Source of the DNA: the human T2T-CHM13v2.0 reference genome, Homo sapiens
NCBI GenBank assembly: GCA_009914755.4
Contig: CP068257.2
Coordinates: forward strand, 18,208,001 to 18,272,000
Direction of reading: 5' to 3'
DNA: 64,000 bases
Shown here: positions 1 through 13,064 of the stretch, one piece after another
Layout: each line of letters opens with the position of its first letter
Position numbering within the stretch: the stretch's first letter is position 1
The notes under the pieces: generated by a model
Told to the model about the DNA's origin: nothing
Databases searched by the model: none
What the model saw: the letters and a program-made list of their open reading frames with translations, nothing else
Program-made: the position numbers and the translations under genes

Positions 1-404
1 GTAACAACTATATATTTACAATTTATTCTATGATAAAGGCATATATTTGCACATTTATACCTGTATCGTGCTTATGAGAATCTGAACCTCTCAGAAATAA
101 GGCAGTTTCCAAAGCCTGATAGTCCAGTGGCATCAGAGAGTTAATATAATGTATCCTTTACTCCACATTCATAGATTAGAGAGTCAAAGATAATAGCTAC
201 GGTGCAAATCTTATAAATTGAGAATATACATTTTGTTTTTCTTTGTAATAGTTTGTTACTATTAAAAGATAAGCTTGAAACTCAATGTGAGTTTTCTTTA
301 TTCTTCCAGTACCACTCTTTTTCATGTTTCTTCTTAAGATAATTGATAGTCTCTAGAGAATTATCTATCCAGTGATCCAGGTCACTTTCTTAGAAACATT
401 CTAG

Positions 405-419
405 AAAAAAAAAAAAAAA
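405..419. repeat. poly(A) homopolymer (15 nt)
   Basis: Uninterrupted A run visible in the sequence; no Alu body adjoins it. Confidence 0.9.
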
Positions 420-1394
420 GAAAGAAATTCTCTTTAAAGGTGGGAAACATATTTATTTCTCATTGGAAATGCCAAGCTCCTTTTATCTTATTAGATAAGG
501 AACAGTTCATTGCTATTTTTAAGAAAATGCTTCATGCAGTTTCAAACCCAGTATTTATGCTGGGTCTGGATTTGAGACAACTTTCTTTAGACTCTCAGAT
601 TCTTCCCTCAGACTTTAGCAGGCACTGCCTACCTCTGCCACAAAGAAGTCTCAGGGTTCCTGCCACACTCCCATCATTCTTCTAAACAATTGGTAGGGAC
701 CAGAGAAAAGATTTAGCAAGAGGTGCACACAGTCATTAATTATGTAATTTCCAGAGATTTAAAAACTGTTATGTTGATCCATCCTTGGCTGATTAGAGTT
801 CATTAAAATTTCAGCCAAAAAATAAAGGAAATACAGAAATACACAGAATCTTCCCAACGTGAGTTGTGAACTCAGAATAAAATAGAATAGAGTTAACATA
901 TGATTTGCCTTAAATGACTAAGCTTTTCTATATGTCTTCGTGATACTGTGGTGCAAACTTGTTATTTTTACTGTGAAAATTTATTTGTGATCATATGCTT
1001 TAAGGCAAAACATGATTTTGAAATTTATCAGCCTTGAAGAAACAAAACACAATTTAGCAGTTTTGTAGATAACAGAAGCTTTGTTTATTTTATATATTAC
1101 TGTTTATATTGTACTGTTAATTAAATCTGTTCTCAAGCAAATTTCATAATTTCTGAGTTGTATCTCAAGAGAAATAATTTATTATATTTTGCCAATGTTT
1201 ATAAACATTGTTAAAGTTGCTGTCCTCTCTTCGTTATATAGATTAGAGATGCACTGTCAAACTATTGTATAATACGATAGTCATCATTACTATCAATTCT
1301 TCTTTCTGAATTTTAACTCATTTAGTGATTAAAACATAGGTATATTAAAACACTGAAACTATCAGACAGTAAACAATATTTCAAAAGTAGCAAG

Positions 1395-1488
1395 ATCCAT
1401 CATCTATCATCTATCTACCTATCATCTATCATCTATATATATATATCTCTCCATATATATATATATCCATATATATATGGATATATAA
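1395..1488. repeat. compound simple repeat (ATCT)n/(TA)n
   Basis: Reads atcatctatcatctatctacc...atatatatatatatcc...atatatatgg; tetranucleotide then dinucleotide periodicity. Confidence 0.9.
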
Positions 1489-3689
1489 ACACGTGGCACT
1501 TTCATCAGGTTATCAAAACTAACAATGGAAGATTATGAATAGACCACTATTCATCTAAAACTAATAGTTTCAGTATGTAAAAGAGTGTTGTATCTTTGTA
1601 AGTAATTATATTTATTCAAAAAAGCTTTTGCACATACCTTGCTATCTATACCCAACCCCCTCAAATTGCCTAAATGTTTGCAGAGACTCAGCTATTGTCT
1701 GTTCTACTTTGGAAGCTTTACCTTATGAATAAATAATAATTATAGATCATCAATATTTTCTTTAGTTGAATTTGAAAGGCACTGCCAAGTAATTCAAGTT
1801 TTTAACATTATATATTTTTTAAAGTTAGTATTTATTAAATGTAGAACACTCTCCAAAATTACCTTTGGCATATTTTAAAATGCTTAGTATTATCTATTCT
1901 TAATGTTGCTAATAAATTTTGGAATACGTAAAAAATATTTAGTACAAATACCAGGCTTTAGAAGATTTCTACCAGCTTGATAAAAGCTTTGAGAATCTAC
2001 CTATCTTGTCATTTGTAATGCAAATATACCCCTCTTTCCCCCTCAGCATACTGTGGATTATTAATGGTTAACTGTGAGTATTTGATGCTATTAGTAATAT
2101 ATTATTCATGTCCATACACCAATATTATTTTCTTAAATTGTCATACTATTAATATCAGCTTACAGAGGCAAGAGTGGAATCTCAATTACTGCAGAATTTT
2201 GTCTGAATATTGGTAGTAACGTATAACATAGTTTAAATAGGTTGCTATTCTGCAATGTGTTTACAACCTGAGCTAATAAATAAATAAAAATTTAAATGAA
2301 ATTCAGGTCACTTTCATGAGGATTCCTCTGAAGTCAGCATTAATAAAAAGTTATATGAATGTCAAAAGATAATATTAATTATGATATTTCATTATTATTT
2401 GCAGCATATTAAAGTTGAAAAGTTCTACTATATTTATGATACTATTACATTTTGGATTAAAAGATCTGTTGAGTAAGAATCATAATATTGATAGTAAATA
2501 GTTCTACTTTTGTCCATAATTGGAATTGACATTGCCTTGACATCTCCTTGAAATTACTAGACCAGAAAGTAAAACCAGAGCACACAAAGAAAGAACAGGA
2601 TCAGAGCCAGGAGACCAATTACCTCTAATCTTTACCACATCAGTTTTAAAAAGTCTTGTGGTCATTTCCCCTCATATGGGGTGACTGGTTTGGTCTTTAC
2701 AGGTGGATTACTATGATAACTTAGACTTTCTCTATCCAGGATGGAACACACTTGAGAGCCTTGTCAGTGGCATAACTGGACATTTTTGATAATTGAGTGC
2801 CCTTCGACATATGTCCAAAGAAGCTGGTTTGAATTCCTGAATCACAAAATACACTTTGTGCATGATAATTTCTGGTGATGCATTTTTATCAAGTACACAA
2901 GAACATTATTATGAACGTGTAGGTCTAATACTGGACTGCCTGGATTAAGCCCTGCTGTGCAGAGAACTGAGAGTATGCTGTGGCTGGGTCAAAGTAATAA
3001 CTGGATATGAATAAGATGACAAGGGATGTGTGACTGTTATTTGACTTCTTTAAGGACAGGAGAACACCTTTTACATCTGTTCTTAGAGTTGTAAGAGTGA
3101 TGCTAAAAACCAAATTTGAGGAGGGCATTGAAATCTCAAAAAGTCAATGTAGACCCCTCTTGGGTCAGAGAGTTCTATAGAACAAGATCCTATCAAATGG
3201 CTGAATCCTTTATTCAATTACCCATTCACGAGTAAATAGAGCTTGTTGTAGAAGAAACATTGGGATGTGACACAGAGAAAACTACACAGTAATTGCCCAT
3301 TACAACTACTAGAGGACAGAATAAATCTCAAAGTAGGAAATGGCTAGAGAGTTATTTAACAGGTTAAAAAAATTAAACAGATAAAATATCTACAGAATTT
3401 AAGAGATTCTTTTTTTTTTGAATATAGGAATTTGGCCTGGTTAAAAGGATGACTACTTTGAAAAGAAATGATTTGTCCATTTTATACTTTATGAAATTTA
3501 TTATGAAGAAATATTACAGTCATTACTTTTAACATTATAGTTCAGTAGCAACATAATATATGTGGAAAAGTATATACAGTAAGAAAGACAAATATTACAA
3601 AATTACTTATTTTATAATAAGACAGACTCTATAGAAAAAAATATGTAAAACAGAACATTTTGAAAATAAAGTATTGATAAAAGTTAGAA

Positions 3690-3885
3690 TGGGAGGGTAG
3701 TGGATCTATGATACAGAAGGAAGAAAAGGCACAGAGAAATAATAAATTTTTGAGGTAATGAGTATCCCCAATTACCCTGATTTGATCATTACACATTGTA
3801 TGCATGTATCAAAATATCACATGTACCCCATAAATATGTACAAGTATTATGTGTCAATTTGAAAAGTTAATACATTCAAAAGAAA
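3690..3885 (+). mobile_element. L1 (older L1M/L1P-type) 3'-end fragment
   Basis: Resembles old L1 3' UTR ends: ...cattacacattgtatgcatgtatcaaaatatcacatgtaccccataaatatgtacaa...; recognised from memory only. Confidence 0.4.
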
Positions 3886-5292
3886 TAGAACAGGCAGGTT
3901 TTGATGAGAAAGAACTAGAATTCGACTTTAAAATGAAAAGCTAGAGAAAAAAATTAATAGGAAACAAGCCTACTCTTAGAGTCCTTTTTACTTTTTAAAA
4001 TATCCCAAGAGTAAATAAAGTCATCATCACAGGATGAAACTGACCAAGTGGGGTTAAATTATCTAACAAAATTACACCACACCTCATGATGATGGCATTT
4101 TAATGGGAAATACTGCGGGCAACTGGTGTGACCACCATCACAGGAAGAGTCATATGTGATCAATGTAGTCCCACCTTGAAGGAAAATCTGAGAAACTGTG
4201 GCAGCACATCATGAGTCAGAATAAGATATGAGAAAATAAGAGAAAAATAATGAGAGCTAGATATAAAACAGTGACCTTGCCCAGACTATTGCATGGTTTT
4301 GTATGACTGTACATATGTGATTTCTTATGGGGACACTTTTTACATCAACTATTTTTGGTGCACAACACCCTTAGCATTTCATTATTTTTTTCACGTTTCT
4401 CTTAGACAAAAAGAAAAATATAACTGAAACATATTAGGTCTAAACAATTTAATCATCGTCATATGCACAGTTTCTGGCAAATGTTGCAGTAATTCTCTCA
4501 AAAATGTTAAATACCATAGGGCACCCTTGTGAATTTTCCATGATGCCCCAGGATGCTTTGGCACATAGTTTGAGAACCATGTGTAGTTATTTGGTCGAGT
4601 AATCACATATTCATGTTGGCCTCCTTGTTTTACTCATTGGCACTGCTGGCGCAAACAAACCATTGATTGTAGGCCTCCGTAAGTTGACCAAGGTTTGGAA
4701 TCATTCAGTAGCTTACCTCTCTGAACTCTTACACTTTCATCTCTCCAGAAGTTCAAACTTACACAGAATTAGATCCAAGGCCAAGCCAACTAGATCATCT
4801 AGAGTTGATGTGAAGGTACTCACTAGGAAATAAAATATCATAAAAAGTGTTTTTGTTTCTACATATATGTCTCTGTTTTCATAAGATATGTGTTTAGTTT
4901 TATGGCATTGCATGGAAATAACACTCTGAACCTCCATGGTGATAAACTTTGTATGATTTTTTATTTAATTATTCAATTATATATGATAGTTGATATCATT
5001 ATTTCAATATTTTAGATGAGGAAGCTGTGACTTAGTAGGTCTATGAAAAATTTCCAAATTTGAAAATGACAGGGACAGATAATATGCACTTCACACCAAA
5101 GTTTTCTGACTCTAAATTTTATAGATTTTCTTTTAAATTTTATACAGTCTATATGTGTGTGTTAGAGTTATAAATAAGATTTAAGATGGTTACTCAAATA
5201 ACAAAATCACTGAAGAAATTTCAGAAAGTATAGAGAAGTTTATAAAAGAAAATAAGTATATAATTATAAATTTGTAGATGGAGACATAGAGA

Positions 5293-5352
5293 CAGATTGA
5301 TGATAGCTGATAGATGATAGGTTTGTTGATAGATCAATTGATTGATTGATGG
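5293..5352. repeat. low-complexity (GATA)/(GATT)-rich simple repeat
   Basis: gattgatgatagctgatagatgatagg...gatagatcaattgattgattgatgg. Confidence 0.85.
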
Positions 5353-6199
5353 AGAGTGATATCTTATTGTTACTAGGTAGGGTCCTCTTGTCACAGGATC
5401 CTTAGAATGTGCCTTTGCTAGCCGAAAACCTCTGTGGTCAGTGGCGCCTTTGCCCGAGTTTTGCTCAGGCCCACTGGGCTCATTCAGCCCACTCAGCCTG
5501 GCAGGCTGCATTCGGCTTTCACTCTTGGCCCAGATCCCATGCCTGCCAAGGGCAAGCCAGGCGTGGAGCAGCAAGTGGTGTGTGAGTGAGTGTGCGCAGG
5601 GACCAGCCACTGTGCACAGCCAGGCACGCCAGCTATGGCGGGGCAGGCAACTCCAGGTGCTGGCATCGGTGCTGGCTCCTTGCTGCGGCTGGACCAGACA
5701 TACCACAAGCACCTTGCACTGCAGGCATTGGGCAACACTGTTGGACCCTGAAGCTTGGATATATCAGGAACTGCAGAACCCCAAAGAGGGTGTCACAGCC
5801 CTGGCTTCGGGAGCTCCTAAGTCTGGCTCCCCGAAGGAATGCAGCTCTTCTCACCTTCTCTCTTCTGATCGCCTGCAACATGGCAAGAGGTGGGGAGAGG
5901 GACGTGTTTCAGCCCTCTGTGTTACAACTCTTCCTGTCTCACCATTTGGGGGGTCTCGCCTTCTTGTTCTGCGTCCAAGAATGAGGTACACGGACAACTA
6001 GAGAGTGAGGAAGGAAAAGAGGTGCTTTACTGAGTGACAATATAGCTCTCAGGGGACCCGAAGTGGGTAGCTCCTTTCCCCAGGCAGCTCGTCCCGACAG
6101 TGTCCAGCCTTTAGTGGAGGGGAGACTCACAGTGAGTAGCAGGCAGGTTGTCCTGTAGTTCACGGGCAGCTATTGGTGGGCCGGAAAATCCATCATAAG

Positions 6200-6835
6200 T
6201 TCTCACTCCGGTCTGCAGAACTGACAGCCCAGTCCCCAGGCTTCAGACTGGCCCAGCCTTGAAGGTGGGGCTTCACTGGGGACCCGCCCCTTTCTGCCCA
6301 GGAGCTGTCTCCTGCTGCCATCAACCTACTGCTACGTTGCCTACAGTGCCCAGGCTGTTCATGCCAAGCGCCAACTGCAGGCCCATGCCAAGCTGCCCTT
6401 ATCCCCACCTCGGCCTCCCTCCCATGCTCCTTGGTGCCCAAAGTCCAAAAGGGGCAGAGGTAGCAGGGAGCTGGTGTGTCAGTGCTGTCCTGAGTGCAAG
6501 CACACCTAGAGGGGTTGCGACAGAGCCTGGGCTTGACTTTAACTTTGCTCTGAAATCAGAGAGGACCCCGGGAGTGGGGAGAGGCCAGGCAGTGGGAGCA
6601 GGTACTTCCAAGCCTGCAGGGTCAGAGGAGCTTCCCAGGCCCTTGAGTTGATAGGAATGCCTGGGTCCGCAGCCAAGCTTGGATGGCTGCAGCTGCGTCC
6701 TGGAGGGCGGGGCTCTCGCCCCTTTAACTCAGAAGCGGGTGTGGCTCCCACTTGTTACCCGCTCCCCCTGGCTCCCTGGAGTGCAGAGCCCCGGCCACGC
6801 CTTCCCTGCTGAAGTCAGCGTCTTTGAAGCAGATG
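6200..6835 (+). repeat. unclassified repeat unit, copy 1 (homologous to 7840-8350)
   Basis: Aligns by eye with copy 2: caggcttcagactggcccagccttgaaggtggggcttcactggggacccgcccctttctgcccaggagc... vs ...caggctgtccccggcttaaaggtgaggcttcacagtggacctacccctttctgcccaggagc...; shared downstream motifs (cttggtgcccaaagtc, cctttaactcagaag). Track ORFs 6259-6651 and 7875-8195 translate to homologous peptides. Confidence 0.6.
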
Positions 6836-7691
6836 GGCTGCTGCTGCCATAAATTCCTCTTCTGAAACGGTACATCCAACTGCCATTAGGGATGAAGATG
6901 ATGATCGCTCTTAACTGCTGACAGGGGGCATTATTTTGGAGAAAACAGCAGTTAGATCTTTCTCAGAGGCCTATCTAAGGGTCCTCAGTAAAAAGGGAGC
7001 CAAGGCTCAAGTTGTGTGACTCCTTGAAGTTTGATGGTCTCTAGATGAGAAGAAACAAAATTTACCAGGAGGTTAAGCATGTGAAGGAAAAAAAATCTAG
7101 TGTCAACAATAACAGAAATAAGAAGTAAAACAGACTAATTCTTAAAACAATGTTGTGGCTAGAGCTGTCTCATCCTGGTGAAAGAAACTGAATCTTGTAT
7201 GAGGGCCGGTAAACTTTAAAAGAGAAATAACTTTTAGGGGAGTAGGTAATCCTCTGGGAGTTCAGAATAGAGGAGTCCTTGACAAAGACGCCTTATGGTG
7301 AGGAACAGAACAAAGGTAAGGATGGTAAGCTAGAGGTCTCCCCAACTATAACTAAGGGGTTGGGGAAAATATTGGATTAAACTTTTTCTTGAGATGCCCT
7401 CCATGGTCCTACTAAGAGAGGAGTGGAGGGGTCAGATTAGAGAGGAAAACTGAAAGTCTGCTATGGTGTCCAGGAGGAGGTCCACCTTCCTCCCTTGAAA
7501 TCTGAACCATCAGAGGTGGGAGAGGAGCCCTGGGACCCATCAGGTCTCCTGGACCCAGTGACCTGTGTCTCTGGAGACAGTCTGCCTTCTAATGGTCCTG
7601 TGATGGTTAATAGTAAGTGTGAACTTGATTGGATTGGAGGTTGCAAAGTATTGTTTCTGGGTGCATCTGTGAGGGAGTAGTCAAAGGAGAT

Positions 7692-7860
7692 TGTATTAGT
7701 CCATTTTCATGCTGCTAACAAAGATATAGCCAAGACTGGGTAATTTATAAAGGGAAGAGATTTAATGGACTCACAGTTCCACATGGCTGGAGAGGCCTCA
7801 AAATCATAGCAGAAGATAAAGGAAGAGCAAAGGGGCATCTTACATAGTGGCTTCAGGCTG
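7692..7860 (-). mobile_element. THE1/MST-type MaLR LTR fragment (terminal ~170 bp)
   Basis: tgtattagtccattttcatgctgctaacaaagatatagccaagactgggtaatttataaagggaagagatttaatggactcacagttccacatggctgg is the reverse complement of the characteristic THE1/MST LTR 3' end (...cagtctcgggtatgtctttattagcag...gactaataca). Confidence 0.7.
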
Positions 7861-8350
7861 TCCCCGGCTTAAAGGTGAGGCTTCACAGTGGACCTACCCC
7901 TTTCTGCCCAGGAGCCTATCTGCCTCCTGCTGCCATCAACCTGCCATCCATGGCACTCACGGTGTCCAGACTGTTTGTGCCTAGGGGCACCTGCAGGCCC
8001 ACGCTCAGCTGCCCTCAGTCATCCCTTTGCCTCCCTCCCTTGCTCATTGGTGCCCAAAGTCTGGAAGGGGCTGAGGCAGCAGGGGACTGGCATGTCATTG
8101 CTGTCCCAAGCACATGCAAACCCAGCCAGGTCACAACAGTGCCTGGGCTCAGCCTCAACTTTGCACCAAAATTGGAGCATGCATTGGGAGCATGAGCTGC
8201 ATCCAGGATGGAGGGACCCCCCACTCCTTTAACTCAGAAGTGGTCATTGCTCCCATGTATTCCTAGCTTCCATTGAGTCTTGTGGAATGTGCAGTCCTGG
8301 CCATGCCTCCCCCACTGCAGCCAGCATCTTTGCAGCAGCCACTCCAGATG
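7840..8350 (+). repeat. unclassified repeat unit, copy 2 (homologous to 6200-6835)
   Basis: See copy 1; roughly 70-80% identity by eye. Confidence 0.6.
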
Positions 8351-8454
8351 GTCTCCTATTATTATGAGATTAACACAGTTTAGTGTGTATTTGTATTTTA
8401 GTTTGATACTGTGGTTCTAAGTTTTATTATAGAAAGAGCAATAAGAAGGTTTAT

Positions 8455-8852
8455 ATTATGGTTTGAATGTTTGTGTGTCTTCCAAAATTCATGTTGACAT
8501 TTAATTCCTGATGCAAAGGTATTAAGAGGTGGGGCATTTAGGAGGTGATTATGTCATGAGGACTCCATCCTCATAAATGGATTAACGCCTTATATGAAGT
8601 CTCAAAGGGATGTAGTTGCCACTTCTTTTCTTTCTACCATGTGAGGACATACTGCCAGTCCCCTTTGGAGGATGCAATGTTAAAGGTGCCATCCTGGAAA
8701 CAGAGAAAGCAGCCTTCACCAGACACTGAACCTGCTGGTGACTTGACTTTGGACTTCCCAGTCTCCACAACTTTGAAAAACAAGTTCCTGTTGTTTATAA
8801 ATTACTTAGTCTCAGATATTTTATTATTGCAGCACAATGAATTAAGATAGTT
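8455..8852 (+). mobile_element. MaLR LTR (MLT1/MST-like)
   Basis: Characteristic MaLR LTR motifs: ggtggggcatttaggaggtgattatgtcatgagg...ctaccatgtgaggacat...caccagacactgaacctgctggtgacttgactttggacttcccagtctccacaactttgaaaaacaagttcctgttgtttataaattacttagtctcagatattttattattgcagcac. Confidence 0.7.
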
Positions 8853-9184
8853 TACAATAACTTTATGAGTCCTGGGACAATAGGAAGAATGTAATGGCAA
8901 TAAAAAATAACTCTGAAAGCAATAAGGCTTTAATTGTTTACTGCAATGGTATGAGAATGAATCTAAACCAGAAAAAGCAACAACTCCCCCTGTTACATTT
9001 CCCTCCATAGAGACTCAGAGTCACTTTAATCAGCATGGATGGGGGCGGGAGGATTATTTCACTATAGAGGGAATTCAGAACAAATGCTGTGGCAGTTTTA
9101 TGATGCTATGCTTGGGGGAAATGATGGGAAAGGGTTAGGATTAGAAAAGCACTGAGTACTGAGTCAGTAAAGAAATGTGTGCTC

Positions 9185-9547
<363 letters not shown>

Positions 9548-9893
9548 TTAGCAGAAGCACCTGAAGAGGGCCATACAGATGGCCTCATATGAAGATACCT
9601 AGAAATAGAGACACCTAGGCTAGGAATGTCGATGCTTACAAGGGCATGGCTTACCAGCGGGCCTGAGATTTTTATTGTCACACTCTCTGGAGACTGCAAT
9701 GTAGTGGCTGTGCACTAGCTAGTTTGGAGAGGTAGTTTTTCTCCTGAGGCTTGTCAGGTAAGGCCTTTGTGATTGCTTATGGTTAGGCCTGGAAAAATCA
9801 CACAGCTTCTTAACTGGGAGCCAGGACTCTTCAAGAGTAGACATGACTAAAAGAGCAGCAAATACATGTCCTTGGTTCAAGAAGCTATTAGGT

Positions 9894-9919
9894 AAAAAAA
9901 AAAAAAAAAAAAAAAAAAA
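9894..9919. repeat. poly(A) homopolymer (26 nt)
   Basis: Pure A run; no SINE body adjacent. Confidence 0.9.
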
Positions 9920-10530
9920 CCAGAAATTATAACACCTCTAAACAGTATTTTGCATGGCACCCATCTGGATGAGAGAGAATTAAGATACATCAGTCACCTT
10001 ATAAATCTTCTCTCATTTAAATCTTACAGTAATCAGTGAGATTGATGTCATTAGACACACTTTATAGAGAAATAGTGTTCTGAGAAATTTTTAAAAATTC
10101 ATGAATTTCACAGTGCTTTTACTGGACAAAGAAAAAGTAGATTTATTCTATGTGATTGTTACTAAATATTCAAAAGACTCAGTGTGTTACCTGACTTCCA
10201 TTTCCCTTAATTTGTTTTTAATACATGTAAATCATTTTTATAAAACTAATTTTGAAAACTGGATTGAGTTTCAAATTTTCATGTGATCACATTTATCACT
10301 TTTTGTGCAAATGTTTTTTTTTGTGAATTGTCTAAGACATTATTTCCGACTACAAACAGATAAATTAGTTGTATTATTTTTTACTATTCCTTTATATTTT
10401 AAATAATCTTAAAGATTTGTTTTCAAAAATATGATTATAATAAAGTTTAAATTAATAAATGTTATATGGTAGTTATCTACTAACCACCAACAATACTATT
10501 ATCCAAATATGATTTAATGTACAGTTCATT

Positions 10531-10566
10531 TCTTACTTTATGCTGGCTGTAAGATTATTTCAGCCT
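10531..10566 (+). repeat. 36-bp dispersed direct repeat, copy 1 (tcttactttatgctggctgtaagattatttcagcct)
   Basis: Identical except for one base to 11990-12025. Confidence 0.9.
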
Positions 10567-11989
10567 ACTAAAATCTATTTTGTAATATCTACTGTATCAT
10601 ATGTTATGTTTCTACTTGTGCATGGATCTATTTCTAATCATTTTATAATTAAATGTAAAGATAAGGAATGAATACCTGTATGCAAATTCAGTGATTCAAA
10701 TCGTTTCCGCGTTTTCAAAAAAGAATGTAATAGCTTGAAAAATTTAAGTAAAATGGGTATGTTTTATATGCAAAGATTGCTTTGCTAATATTTGAGAGAA
10801 AATATAGAAAATTTATGAGTAGATACAGAATGGTGGTTTCACAGTTATTTGAAACATTATTTTCCAGACTTTTCTGGTTTTTTTTCAATATAAAGGACTT
10901 TTCAATAAAATCTTAGTATTCACTTTCCCTTAATGTCATAATGGAAAATTATTTGGCTATTTACTAATAAAGAGGTTTTAGACAAAAATAATTGCATTGC
11001 TGGACTGAACTGAAGAGTGATTTGTATTAAATACATCCCTAGAAGTGTCTTTCAAATGCCTGCAACTGCTTCTGTTAACTTATGTTCCCAGCTTCATTTT
11101 ATTATTGGGAATGACCTTAATAAGTAGGCAGGACACAGAAACCATCTATAAGGTACTATTTTATGGGCACCAGGAAGGCCAACTACCCAAAATTTATACC
11201 CTGCAACCTGTTATGGTCTCTGAACTCAATTATTAAAGATTTATTTCTTTGTTGCTCAGACCCTTTTCAGTCTTCTGAAACACTGTCAGAATGCAAATAG
11301 TCCTCAGATTGTGCGGTCTGAAACCATAGCATTTACTAAAAAACAAAGGCGAATATAAAAACACAAGTGGATTTAATCCACATCCACACCACTTATTTGA
11401 ATTATAAGAACTGAATGTAAATAATATAACCAATTTGTGATCAAGTCTGAAATCAAACCCAGGACTCATGACTGTCAGTCTAAAGCTCTTGTTTTATAAT
11501 GAATCTATTTCTACTAGATAAATATAAAATAAAGACCAATTTGTTTTAAATGCATTTTGCCTTCTGCCATATGCTCTTGTAATAGGAAGGAAAAAGGCTG
11601 TCTCAAACTTCAATTTGACTTCTCCATTATCTTCTCTTTACTCATAAAATACACACATGTGCACACACACACACGCAACAGCAAAAAATAACCCTGTATC
11701 TATATTAATTAAAAGATTAAATTAAACCAATGGAGCAATTATTTGCTATATGTTATTTATCATTCACTTACTAAGTGACAGCAAATACATTTAATCTTAA
11801 CATTTGGTTCATATTTCAGTTCCTCCACTATTCGGTCCTAATTTTCTATATTTACATTTATTTAGTAATTTTATATAACAAAAATAAATTCTAGTTTATG
11901 TAACAAGAATTCTTATATATGCTTAGTTGCCTATAAGTAAACTTCAAAGTGAAATAAAATTCTTTCAATTTCCAGAGCCATTTCTCTTT

Positions 11990-12025
11990 TCTTACTTTAG
12001 GCTGGCTGTAAGATTATTTCAGCCT
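11990..12025 (+). repeat. 36-bp dispersed direct repeat, copy 2 (tcttactttaggctggctgtaagattatttcagcct)
   Basis: 35/36 identical to 10531-10566; flanks are unrelated. Confidence 0.9.
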
Positions 12026-13030
12026 CTGAGTATGGCTGTCTACCATCATTCATGATGATATACCTCTCCCCACTCTCATTCAAAGAAGTCTGCCCTATGT
12101 CTATTGCTTACATGATATTAACCACTGGTATTTAATCTTTCTTCTATATTAATTATATAAATATTGTCAAATATATGCTATTAAATAAAAATACATATTT
12201 TAGAATCTGGTATTTAAGAATTTTTTACAGCTTTTTTTTTCCTACAACTAACTTAAATATCCTGTGTGATGGTTAACACAGTAAGCCTTTATTTATTATG
12301 GCAGATAGATGCCTTCAATTATATTCCTCATGCTACTCACTCTAAAGGTGACAAAGAGGTTGTATCTTTCAGGCCAAATTCATTTGAATAAAGATCTGGT
12401 TCAAGGACACGGGTTCTGAGGCAACAAGCTGGACACTAGAGAAAGAAGTGATGGCACAAAGGTTGTGTTATTGCTGAAGCATATTTGAATCTTGCTCCAT
12501 GCCTTCTTTTACTTGTTCCATCAGTTCTAGCTGCCGACTCAATTCTCTCCTCCATGATGTATTTTGTGTTTATCGCTAATTCAAAATGTATCACATTGTA
12601 TCATAATTTATGGCTTATCTATTCTGTTAAAAACTTAATCCATTAAGTAAAGAGTTTTATTGACTCATCTATTTTCAGTGCCCAGGAAGATGCTTAGCAT
12701 ATAGCCCAATACATATACTGAACGAAATAATTTTAAAAATGAAATTACATTGTTAATTTTTGTATAATGAGAAATGATTAAATTGAATAAAAGACCAATG
12801 TGGAAAACACATCTAAGGATTAGCAAACGTGAGCATGTCAAATTATTCCTAGAACATGAAGGTATACGTGGAAATTGCCTAATTATCTAATAAAAATATA
12901 AGTCAAATAAAAATTAAAAAGCTCTTTCATTGCCTTTTTAAAAGTAGAAATGCTTAGGCGAAATTCTATGCCAAAAGTCAATAATAATAAAGGTAGATGG
13001 CCAAATTAACATATAAACATTTAACATTTG

Positions 13031-13064
13031 TATATGTGTACATATATATGTGTGTGTGTGTGTC
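13031..13064. repeat. (TG)n / (TA)n microsatellite
   Basis: tatatgtgtacatatatatgtgtgtgtgtgtgtc. Confidence 0.9.

Larger units (their letters stand above)
5380..8350. other. GC-rich, CpG-containing block of unclassified interspersed repeat(s), possibly ERV-LTR-derived
   Basis: Sharp compositional shift from ~30% GC flanks to GC-rich sequence with CpGs. Contains two diverged direct copies of the same unit (6200-6835 and 7840-8350). Overlapping ORFs on both strands (e.g. 5441-6001+, 5221-5712-) behave like compositional noise, not genes. Confidence 0.5.

Noticed and set aside
4000-4700. Region with a 71-aa minus ORF and motifs vaguely reminiscent of a DNA-transposon (hAT/Tigger) internal sequence
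   Set aside because: There are no recognisable terminal inverted repeats or transposase motifs that I can verify by eye. It is insufficient to call.
5441-6001. Longest ORF in the track (186 aa, +), with several overlapping ORFs on both strands between 5.2 and 6.7 kb
   Set aside because: They lie in a GC-rich, CpG-rich repeat block where long stop-free frames arise by composition alone. The ORFs overlap each other on both strands and the peptides are low-complexity (P/A/G/S/R-rich). The 6259-6651 and 7875-8195 ORFs are homologous only because the underlying repeat is duplicated.
9894-9919. 26-nt poly(A) that could be the tail of a retroposed element
   Set aside because: No Alu, L1 or processed-pseudogene body is recognisable immediately upstream. 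It is treated as a simple homopolymer.
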